Shown here: one piece after another, positions 17,906 through 26,660 of the stretch
Position numbering within the stretch: the stretch's first letter is position 1
How the letters are laid out: the number at the start of each line of letters is the position of its first letter
Assembly: GCA_963817915.1 (NCBI GenBank)
Contig: CAWFQL010000012.1
Coordinates: 544,001 to 608,000, forward strand
Length of the DNA: 64,000 bases
Source of the DNA: an uncultured candidate division Zixibacteria bacterium
GTDB lineage: Bacteria > Zixibacteria > MSB-5A5 > UBA10806
Direction of reading: 5' to 3'
The notes under the pieces: model-generated
Database searches by the model: none
The model's input: only the letters and a program-made list of their open reading frames with translations
Told to the model about the DNA's origin: nothing
Made by a program: the position numbers and the translations under genes

Positions 17906-19280
17906 ATGGAAAATTCGCTAAAAAGAAATCAAATAATCAAATTGGAGATCGAAGACCTGGCGTTTGGCGGCATGGGAGTCGCCAAGGTCGATAATTTCGT
18001 GGTCTTTGTCGAATCGGGGCTTCCGGGTGATATTGTCGAAGTCACTATACGACGTATCAAAGGCAATTTTGCCGAAGCCAGAATTAATAATATTCTGACA
18101 CCTTCATCTCATCGTATAGCCCCGGTCTGCGAGCATTTCGATTACTGCGGTGGCTGCAAATGGCAAAATCTCGAATATGCGATTCAAAAAAAATACAAAG
18201 AAGATCAGGTTCGTTCGGCGCTGATTCATCTGGCCGGTATCGCCGATCCACCGGTCGAACCGATTATCAGCGCGCATAAGATTTATTATTATCGCAATAA
18301 GATGGAATTTTCATTTCATGTGGGAGAGAAAGGCGAAACTCTTCTTGGGTCTTCATGTCGCGGGGAGATTCCAGGATATCTTCCAGCTCAACAAATGTCA
18401 TCTGCAATCCGAGCTTTCCAATGAAATAGTAAAGTATGTCAGAAGCCGTTCGGTGGAGCTCGGACTGCCTCCCTATCATATTGTCACCCATCAGGGCTTT
18501 CTGAGATTTCTTGTCATCCGCGAAGGCAAATTTACAAACCAGACATTGATCAACTTTGTAACCGGTCAGGGTGATTATCCCAATCTAAAAATTCTGGCCT
18601 CGGAGATCGCGGAACTGTTCAAGCCTGTGGTTTCGATCTCTCAGACTATCAACTCCGCCAAGGCCAATATCGCTCGTGGAAGCGAGACCATTCTTCTGCA
18701 CGGGATTGACCATATTCATGAGATTCTCGGTGAACGAAAATATCGAATTTCGGCGAGTTCATTCTTCCAGACGAATAGTTATCAGGTCCAGAGATTATAT
18801 GACCTTGCAGTTGAATTAGCCCAGCCCGAAAGATTCGAAAATATGCTTGATCTCTATACAGGCACCGGGACTATCGCCATCTATTTCGCGGGAATGGTTA
18901 ATAAGGTAACCGGTGTCGAGTCAGTGGAAGCGGCAATTGAAGATGCCAAGATCAATGCCAGACTCAATTCTGTCTCCAATTGCGATTTCCTGGCGGCCAA
19001 TGTCGAGGATTTCCTCAAAAATGAAGCTCTGTCGGATAGAAAATATAATATCGTAGTGCTCGACCCGCCGCGCGCCGGATGCCATCCTGATGTGATCAAA
19101 GCGTTAATAGCCATGAAGCCCCAAAAAATTGTCTATATCTCCTGCAATCCCGCGACACTCGCCAGAGATCTCAAAATGCTTCTTGAAAATGAATACAACC
19201 TCGATAGGGTTGTGCCAATCGATCTTTTTCCTCATACTTATCATATCGAAGCCGCCTGTCGATTGAGCTTAAAAAAATAA
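17906..19280 (+). CDS. rlmD: 23S rRNA (uracil-5)-methyltransferase RlmD/RumA (frameshift near 18348)
   Basis: TRAM domain, CEHFDYCGGC Fe-S motif, YRNKMEF, SFFQTN, DPPR.G, YISCNP and DLFPHT.H.E motifs across two frames. Confidence 0.9.
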
Positions 19281-19422
19281 CTATTATATATCCTTGGCCG
19301 CGAAGGTCAGATCGCTATAACGTCATAGAAAATATCAGGTTAGCGTAGGCCCGTTCGATTCCAAAATAATATCCGAAATTCTTCATATATTTCCGCCCGA
19401 TGCCGATAATATTATAGACATT

Positions 19423-20538
19423 ATGAAGATAATTCAATCATCGAATATTCACATCGGGAAATGCTTCGAGAAGCAAGGCTTGGCCGGTAATAAGCTTAGG
19501 GCCGCAATCAAGAAGACATTTTCCGCAATTATCGATCTCGCGAGATCGGAATCAGCCGACCTGCTTTTGCTGTCCGGCGACCTTTTCGATTCCAACGATA
19601 TTTCGCAAAATCAGCTCGATTTCTTCATTTCGGAAGTCAAGCGGCTCGAACGAACCAAGGTCGCGCTTTTGCCCGGAACTAAGGATCATTACAAAACCGG
19701 CGGCTTTTGGGAGCAGTGGAATGCGCTCAATCCGGCCGCAAATTTATTGCTTATGACGAATATCGAATCCCCATATATAGAAATCCCTTCGATCTCCACT
19801 ACTCTATACGGAATTCCATGCATGGCAGAGACATCGCCAAGAAATCCATTGAAGAATCTCAAACGTACAGGGAAAAATAGATACCATGTCGCGATGGTAT
19901 ATGGGAATTTGATCGATGACAAAAATCCAGGCGGCAATATTTATCCTTTTACCCCCGATGATCTTATTGCAGGCGGATTCGATTATTATGCCTTGGGCGG
20001 CCAGTTGACTATGAGAGACTGTTCTTCGATCGGAATTCCCGCGGCCTATAGCGGATCGCCTGAAGCAATCTCGCCCGAGCTCGAGGGTGCAGGTAATGTT
20101 CTCATAGTCAAACTTGAAAGAGAAAATGTCACCATAGAGCCCAAAAAAGTTGGCAATATCTCATGGAAAGAAATCGAAATACAGATGAATGATGTCGCCA
20201 GTATTGATGATTTGAAAAGCAAAATCAACAAACTCAATGGCGATGGAGTACTGCTTAAAGTTACATTGAAAGGCCTCGTATTACTTGATGCCAATTTCAA
20301 TATCAAAGAACTTACCAACGAGCTTTCCGATAATTTCCTGAAATTGGAAATTATTGATAAAATGAGTGTTCTTCCCGATGATGTAGTCGAAGTTAAACTC
20401 CATGAGAAAACTATCATGGGTCAGTATCTTAAGATAATGGTCGAAAAAATGAAGACCGCCAAGGGTCCCGCCCGCACCAATCTCGAAGAGTCATTGAAGG
20501 TCGGCTACTCATTGCTTTCAGGAAAGGAGATCTGGTAA
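19423..20538 (+). CDS. Mre11/SbcD-like metallophosphoesterase-fold protein with degenerate metal ligands
   Basis: Overall SbcD/YhaO layout (GDLFD, DYYALG, YSGSPE) but DxH->NIH, GNHD->GTKD, motif IV H->Y and GHxH->GGQL. Confidence 0.8.
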   Translation: MKIIQSSNIHIGKCFEKQGLAGNKLRAAIKKTFSAIIDLARSESADLLLLSGDLFDSNDISQNQLDFFISEVKRLERTKVALLPGTKDHYKTGGFWEQWNALNPAANLLLMTNIESPYIEIPSISTTLYGIPCMAETSPRNPLKNLKRTGKNRYHVAMVYGNLIDDKNPGGNIYPFTPDDLIAGGFDYYALGGQLTMRDCSSIGIPAAYSGSPEAISPELEGAGNVLIVKLERENVTIEPKKVGNISWKEIEIQMNDVASIDDLKSKINKLNGDGVLLKVTLKGLVLLDANFNIKELTNELSDNFLKLEIIDKMSVLPDDVVEVKLHEKTIMGQYLKIMVEKMKTAKGPARTNLEESLKVGYSLLSGKEIW

Positions 20539-20539
20539 A

Positions 20540-22654
20540 ATGCAGATTTCCCAGCTATTCCTGAGAAATTTCGGCAAATTCGAAAATCTTTCAATCGATT
20601 TTACGCCGGGCCTGAATATAATCAAAGGTCCTAACGAAGCGGGTAAATCGACTTTGGCCGAAGCGGTGACTGCCGCCTTTTTCATGAATCCTGAAAAAAA
20701 TAGCGATCAGATAAAAAAGATTGTGAAGTGGCGTTGCGATGACGCTCCATCCCTCATGGCGGTTCTGAACACTGGTACAGACTCATTTAAGCTCATCAAG
20801 GATTTCAGCAAGGGCGTGACAGAATTGGTCGGGGATAAGGCCGCTTCAAAGGAAAAATCCGGCAAGGATGTCGATGATTGGCTTACAAGTCAATTGGGGA
20901 TGTCATCGGAAGAGATTTTTAAAGCAACCGCTTGCATAAATCAAGGGGAAATGAATCAGATAGAGGGGTCGATCGGGGCAATTCAGGGAAAACTCGAATC
21001 GCTCGTGACCGGCGGCAGGGAAGATGAAGCGGGCTCAATGATAATTGAAAAAATCGAGCAAAGAATTCGAGCTATAACCGGCCCGGACGGTGTGTCAGGA
21101 AAAGAGCTTGCGAGGATCAACGAGATCTCAAAAGATATCGATTATAATATCGAAAAGCTATCGCGGGATATCGCCACGCTCAGGACCAGGAGAGCCGATC
21201 TGATTCAGGTGGAAGTTGCTTATAAGAATGTCAAAGAGGACTTGCTGAAAAATAAAGATACTTTTGAAAAAAACAAAAAAGCCACGAAGCTCGAGCAGGA
21301 ATATCAGGCCAGGATCAAGGAATGCACCGATCTGGAAGCAAAGTCCGTAGAAGCCAAGGAATCGATCAAGAAGATAAAAGAATACCGCGATCGGCAGGCT
21401 CAAGCGAAAAAAATAGAATCTAAGGACATCAAGGAATTAGAAACAATTGAGACAAATCTTAATTATCTTCAGCCCAAAAAACGGGAATTAGAAGAGGATG
21501 TCAACGAGGCCACGCTTGATTATCATGCTTACCATATCGGAATAGTTTATTATGCCAGCACTGGAATTGGAATCCTTGGCAGTGTAGCGTCCGCGGTATT
21601 CTATTGGCTTAATGTTTTTAGCGGCATCGCCCCATACAGTCTGGCCTTATCGATCGGACTATTCGTATTGGGTGTCGTTGCTTGTATTTCCAGGAGACAG
21701 CATAGAGCCTATCTCAAAAACAATCTGGAAAAACAAAATCACAAGCTTGGGGAATTGGATTTCGAAATAAACCATCAAAGCGAATTGCTCAAGGATATAC
21801 TCAGAAAATACCTGGTATCATCGACTGACGATCTCAAGCGCAATCTCTGGCAAAATGACGAGCTTGAAAACCAGGTAGCGCGCGAAAAAGAACGTTACGA
21901 CAGCCTGATTCACAATTCCACTTCCGAGGAAATCGATAAAACTTTGGATCAATTAAACCAGCAGATTGCCAATATGGGAATCGAGCGCAAAGACCTTGTG
22001 CAATACGTCGTGGATGAATCAGAGGTAAATCGGCAGCAACTGATAATCGATCAATTTCAGGAGAGAATCAATGACCTCGAGCGAGAACGAGCTGTTCTAC
22101 GTAGCCAGATTGAGACCGCTGAAGGCGGCACGGAACTTTTATCAAGCTATATCGAAAGAAAGGCCGAGCTAAAATCGCGCGCCGAGGATTTATTGCATGA
22201 AGTGGCCATATTAGGGCTAACAGTCCAATGTGTAACCGAAGCCAGGCAGAATGTTTTGGTTTCGACTCTCGAAGTGCTAAATGGCAGAACATCCGAAATT
22301 CTCGGTAGGCTGACGTCGGGAAAATATTCCAAAGTTCGTTTTGACAAATCAAATCTCAAGTTCGAAGTCTATTCGGAAGACAAAAAGGAATGGGTCGACC
22401 CTGAATCCGAGTTGTCGGCTGGCACAGTAGATCAGATTTATCTTGCCGCACGGCTGGCATTGGCCGATCTGATTTCCGAAGACAGATATCCGGTCATGAT
22501 TTTGGATGATCCATTTGTCAATTATGACGGCGAACGGCTGGAAAACGCCATGAAAATAATCAAAGAGATGTCTCAGAATCACCAAATTCTCCTGCTAACC
22601 AGCCAGGATAATTTCGACAAATGGGCTGATTCAACAATAGTTCTTCCCAAATAA
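20540..22654 (+). CDS. Rad50/SbcC-like (YhaN-type) coiled-coil ABC-ATPase with two central TM helices
   Basis: Walker A GPNEAGKST, long coiled coils, two hydrophobic helices near aa 335-385, signature LSAGT, Walker B ILDDPF; expected switch His region reads TSQ. Confidence 0.85.
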   Translation: MQISQLFLRNFGKFENLSIDFTPGLNIIKGPNEAGKSTLAEAVTAAFFMNPEKNSDQIKKIVKWRCDDAPSLMAVLNTGTDSFKLIKDFSKGVTELVGDKAASKEKSGKDVDDWLTSQLGMSSEEIFKATACINQGEMNQIEGSIGAIQGKLESLVTGGREDEAGSMIIEKIEQRIRAITGPDGVSGKELARINEISKDIDYNIEKLSRDIATLRTRRADLIQVEVAYKNVKEDLLKNKDTFEKNKKATKLEQEYQARIKECTDLEAKSVEAKESIKKIKEYRDRQAQAKKIESKDIKELETIETNLNYLQPKKRELEEDVNEATLDYHAYHIGIVYYASTGIGILGSVASAVFYWLNVFSGIAPYSLALSIGLFVLGVVACISRRQHRAYLKNNLEKQNHKLGELDFEINHQSELLKDILRKYLVSSTDDLKRNLWQNDELENQVAREKERYDSLIHNSTSEEIDKTLDQLNQQIANMGIERKDLVQYVVDESEVNRQQLIIDQFQERINDLERERAVLRSQIETAEGGTELLSSYIERKAELKSRAEDLLHEVAILGLTVQCVTEARQNVLVSTLEVLNGRTSEILGRLTSGKYSKVRFDKSNLKFEVYSEDKKEWVDPESELSAGTVDQIYLAARLALADLISEDRYPVMILDDPFVNYDGERLENAMKIIKEMSQNHQILLLTSQDNFDKWADSTIVLPK

Positions 22655-22737
22655 TAGTCATAAATCAATTCCCCCAAAAACCTTTTATAAAAATCTCTTG
22701 ATTTCAATGCTATAACCCTTTTTTATATAATTGCCAT

Positions 22738-23232
22738 ATGGAAAATCTATGGGCGGCCTGGCGCCGCGATTTCATTTTGGGCCCCAAAGAGAATGGATGC
22801 GTATTCTGCAAAAGATTGAAGCAGCATACTGACCGCGACAATCTGATACTTTTCAGGGCTCGTAAAACCTTTGTAATTATGAACCGCTATCCGTACAATG
22901 GCGGCCATCTATTAATCGCGCCCAAAGCCCATAAGGCTGATATACAAAAACTGACCCCATCCGAATCCGCCGAAATGTTCGAGCTTTCTCGAATCGCCAT
23001 TGGCATGCTTAAAAAGATAATGCCGGCCGACGGATTCAATCTGGGAATGAATTTAGGTGAAATCGCCGGGGCAGGCATCGCCGATCATCTTCATGTGCAT
23101 GTAGTGCCTCGTTTCAACGGTGATACCAATTTCATGCCGGTTGTAGGCGATACCAAAGTGCAGTCTTTATCGCTTTACGATATCTACGACATGCTGAAGC
23201 CGAAATTCGATTCCATCAGAGGGAAATTTTGA
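22738..23232 (+). CDS. HIT-family nucleotide hydrolase (Ap4A phosphorylase-like)
   Basis: LWAAWR, CVFC, NRYPYNGGH, intact HLHVH triad, GDTNFMP. Confidence 0.9.
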   Translation: MENLWAAWRRDFILGPKENGCVFCKRLKQHTDRDNLILFRARKTFVIMNRYPYNGGHLLIAPKAHKADIQKLTPSESAEMFELSRIAIGMLKKIMPADGFNLGMNLGEIAGAGIADHLHVHVVPRFNGDTNFMPVVGDTKVQSLSLYDIYDMLKPKFDSIRGKF

Positions 23233-24827
23233 AGATTCCCAAAAAGAAAGAACTGCTTCAACTTCAAAAAAAATACCGCACTGATAAAAAGATCGGCGAG
23301 GTTTATGGCGTACCCGCGAGACTGGTAGCTTATTGGCGTTCGAAGAAGAAAATAGGCCCGTATTCTTTCCCGAAATATTCCGAAGACAAAATTATGGATA
23401 TTTGGGAAAGGTTCGGTGATGATGCCCGCGCCGGAACCGAATTGGGAATCTCCAAGGCCGGATTCAGGCAATGGCGCCGGAAATATGACATCATAGACAA
23501 GCCGATTCAGTTAAGGCTCGAGCAGCTCGAGCTCCCTTTGACCGATATATCAAAAAAGAAAAATTCGCGAAAAGAAACCATTGTCCAGCGAATCCTTGCC
23601 AGGAAGGCAGGATTGAAACGAGCCGACGTCGGCCAATTTATCGAAATCGAGCCAGACCTCGCGATTTCCAACAATAACGCCATCGATGTTATCAATCAGA
23701 TGGCGTCACTTGGCACTGATAGAATATGGGATCCATCAAAGATCGCGATTGTCCTTGATCATAGAACGACCAGCGAATCCAACGGTTCGATTCATAAATA
23801 TAAAACCGCTCGGGAATTTGCCAAAAAGCATCGAATCAGGAATTTCTTCGATCTCGGAGAGGGAATGTGTCATCATCTTGTCCTCGAACAGGGCCTCGTG
23901 CTTCCCGGACATACTATACTGGGGACCGAAACCTACGCGACCACCTATGGCTGTATCGGGGCATTTTCCGCCAAAATCGATGTCTTAGAAATGGCGGCAT
24001 TATGGGCGACAGGCAGGATATGGCTCAGGGTCCCGGAAACCATGAAGATCGTATTAAAGGGACATTTGAACAGGGGAGTATTCGCGAAAGATATTATTCT
24101 GAATCTAATTCGCGATATTCCGGTCAGCGATGTTGATTATAGGGCGATTGAATTCTCCGGCCCCGCCATTCAAGCGATGTCAATGGCTGATCGTTCAATC
24201 TTGACAAGTATGGCCTCCGAAATGAAGGCGAAATCTGCGATCATTTCAATCGATGAGATGGCATCGAGATATATGAAGAAAATTACAAAGATGAAATTCT
24301 GGCCGATAACGCCTGATCCCGATGCCGCCTATAGCCATGAAATCGAATTTGATATTTCCTATCTGACTCCGCAGATCGCCTGCCATGCCGGGGCCAACAA
24401 TACACGTCCTATCGAGGAAATGGTTGGCAAAAAAATTGACCAGGTAATATTGGGCAGTTGTATCAATGGGAAAATCGAGGATCTCGAAATCGCCGCCGGT
24501 ATTTTAAAAGGACGAAAAATCAATCGCGAATTGCGGATGACAATTGTACCGGGTTCGAGAAAGACATACCTCGAGGCTCTCGAAAAGGGGTTGATCAAGA
24601 TATTCGTTGAATCCGGCTGCGCGGTTGCGTATCCCGGACTCGATTCGTATTCGGGAGTCGATGATAGCATCCTATCTTCCGGGGATAAAATAATGACTAC
24701 GACCGGTTATCAAACCGATATCGAAAATGATAACGTTAATTCCGAGATATTTATTGCCTCCCCGGCAACCACGGCAGCCTCGGCGCTCGAAGGTATAATT
24801 GCCGACCCGAGGAAATATATCAAATGA
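23229..24827 (+). CDS. Tandem-HTH fused LeuC/homoaconitase large-subunit homolog, predicted catalytically inactive
   Basis: About 110-aa N-terminal extension with two HTH-like motifs, then full LeuC fold (WATG..W.RVPE, AKDIIL, GSC.NG, ASPATTAASALEG.I.DPR). CxxC, DSHT and NRNF motifs are replaced. Confidence 0.85.
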   Translation: MKIPKKKELLQLQKKYRTDKKIGEVYGVPARLVAYWRSKKKIGPYSFPKYSEDKIMDIWERFGDDARAGTELGISKAGFRQWRRKYDIIDKPIQLRLEQLELPLTDISKKKNSRKETIVQRILARKAGLKRADVGQFIEIEPDLAISNNNAIDVINQMASLGTDRIWDPSKIAIVLDHRTTSESNGSIHKYKTAREFAKKHRIRNFFDLGEGMCHHLVLEQGLVLPGHTILGTETYATTYGCIGAFSAKIDVLEMAALWATGRIWLRVPETMKIVLKGHLNRGVFAKDIILNLIRDIPVSDVDYRAIEFSGPAIQAMSMADRSILTSMASEMKAKSAIISIDEMASRYMKKITKMKFWPITPDPDAAYSHEIEFDISYLTPQIACHAGANNTRPIEEMVGKKIDQVILGSCINGKIEDLEIAAGILKGRKINRELRMTIVPGSRKTYLEALEKGLIKIFVESGCAVAYPGLDSYSGVDDSILSSGDKIMTTTGYQTDIENDNVNSEIFIASPATTAASALEGIIADPRKYIK

Positions 24828-25318
24828 AACGAACGATTGAAGCCACTGCGCAGCGACTGAGCGACAATATCCAATGCAAAACGATCCTTGCCGAAAAATA
24901 TTGGCTGAATAGCTCGATTTCTGAGATTACGCAACATCTCTTTGAGGGCTATGCAGTCAAACATCCGCCTCGAATCGCGGAAGGCGATGTTATTGTAGCC
25001 GGGAATAATTTTGGAAGCGGAGTATTTCACGCCAATACGGTTAACGGACTCAAGGCTTTAAAGGTATCGTGCATAATCGCATCTTCCATTAATCGTATTT
25101 TCTTCCGCAATGCCATAAATATCGGCCTGCCGCTGGTTATCAACAATCAGGCCTATGATAAAATCGAATCCGGCGAATTAATAAAGATTGATTTTGAAAA
25201 GGGAGTAATATCGTGCAAAAAAGGCTCGCTTTTATTTCCACCATATCCGGATTTCATGCTAAGGTTCCTCAGTGCCGGCGGCCTGATTGGATACGCAAAA
25301 AAGAAAATAGGCGCTTAG
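24824..25318 (+). CDS. LeuD/aconitase swivel-domain homolog, degenerate
   Basis: GDVIVAGNNFG and RIFFRNAINIGLP present; DNIDTD->DNIQCK and GCGSSRE->GSGVFHA; ATGA overlap with the upstream gene. Confidence 0.85.
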   Translation: MKRTIEATAQRLSDNIQCKTILAEKYWLNSSISEITQHLFEGYAVKHPPRIAEGDVIVAGNNFGSGVFHANTVNGLKALKVSCIIASSINRIFFRNAINIGLPLVINNQAYDKIESGELIKIDFEKGVISCKKGSLLFPPYPDFMLRFLSAGGLIGYAKKKIGA

Positions 25319-25344
25319 AAAAATAAATTTGATCGAATAATAAC

Positions 25345-25373
25345 AAAAAAGGGCGAAAACATTCGCCCTTTTT
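25345..25373. terminator. Bidirectional intrinsic terminator
   Basis: AAAAAAGGGCGAA-AACA-TTCGCCCTTTTT between convergent genes. Confidence 0.85.
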
Positions 25374-25393
25374 ATTAGAAACCTTTATCGCTT

Positions 25394-26467
25394 CTACTTC
25401 AATAATGTCATCCTCATCGTGTGAACATCCTTACCGTCGGTTATGCGATAGAAATATATTCCCGACGATACGGCATTCCCGCTATTATCGGTACCGTTCC
25501 AGGTAACCGAGTAGGAGCCTTTTTCCAATGAACTATTGACAAGATCCTTTATCAGCGAGCCGGTGATATTATAAACCGCAAGGTTTACATCTCCGCCAGC
25601 TGATTGGAAATTAATCTTGGTTTCAGCATTGAATGGATTCGGATAATTCTGGCTTAATGTAAAGTTGTCGGGCAGGGATGGAATTTCGACTATGCCCGTA
25701 GGCTGCCGAAGATCTGATACCGGTATTTTTGCGCCCTGAACAATGTGCTTGGCACCAGTTCCGGTTTGGTCGGACTGAACAAAGGCAATCAACTCGCAGC
25801 TATCGGCTACAATAGGACTCGGCGTGGTGAAACTGACTGCAAAGGTCGTATCATCGCCGGCATTAAGCGTGATTGCCAGGCCATTGGTGCCGGGAAACAT
25901 ATCTCTGAAGACGCTTTGGTGCCAATCTCTGCCATAAATTCCATTGTAATATATACCGGATTCGGTGAGAGCTATTCTCAATTTTAGGGAAGTATACCCG
26001 GGGGCTTCTTCCGCGACAATTCTAACCGAAACGACTCCCCTTAGGGAATCACGATCGAATGTGCCGGACAGTTGCATGAATAATGGCGAAGGAATCAGGC
26101 TTTCAGTTTCGATTCGTGTTTCATACTGCCCATAACTACTCGGAATGATGTTGCCATCAATCCTCATATAGGGGACATATGGAACGTTGTAATAGTTTTG
26201 AGTGCGAGTACGACAATCTGACATGTTGTAAAGCCAGAACATGTCATTGCCGGGGCTCGGCCACCACACATGGTAATTGATGAGCGCAAGAATATCTGCT
26301 TGCTCAATACGCAACCGATCTAAGACCAGATCGGCGGATGGACAATTGGGTCACGTAGTGCTGGTAAAATTTTCGCCAACCACCATTCTATCGGCGGCGA
26401 CGACGATGCTGCTCATACTAATTAGCGCTATGGCCATTAGCATCACAAATTTTTTCGCAACTGACAT
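25394..26467 (-). CDS. Secreted Omp28-like thioredoxin-fold selenoprotein with C-terminal FlgD/T9SS-like domain (Sec at codon 39)
   Basis: AGGAGG RBS, ATG 26467, signal peptide, then RMVVGENFTSTT-UGA-PNC in frame with the annotated 25394..26314 ORF (YH..WP, YYNVPYVP..RIDG, LIAFVQ, QNYPNPFN). 357 aa. Confidence 0.85.
26314..26353 (-). promoter_or_regulatory. UGA codon plus putative bacterial SECIS hairpin
   Basis: Minus strand UGA CCCAAUUGUCCAUCC GCCGAUCUG-GUCU-UAGAUCGGU: a stem starting about 15 nt after the UGA with a G-containing apical loop. Confidence 0.65.
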
Positions 26468-26660
26468 TAAGCCTCCTTTGGTGTCAATTTAGGGTTAATA
26501 TAACTTCTTTTCGGTTTTTTGCAACAATAAACATTTGCCCTTGTCAACTTCACATTCTTTAACTTGCTGTCTTTCAATGGCATAGCCGGATTTTTAAATA
26601 TCGCTCCGTCATTCATTTTTACGGTTTAGGGTAAGATCATCCAATATTTTATCGCCATAT

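Noticed and set aside
23229..25318. Annotation as functional leuC/leuD
   Set aside because: Two of three Fe-S cysteines, the DSHT and NRNF motifs and the LeuD SSRE motif are missing, and no other leu genes are nearby.
26351..26353. UGA reassigned genome-wide (genetic code 4 or 25)
   Set aside because: TGA is a normal stop in many genes here (e.g. ends at 15093, 23232, 24827, 43262) and Trp is encoded by TGG, so this UGA is site-specific.
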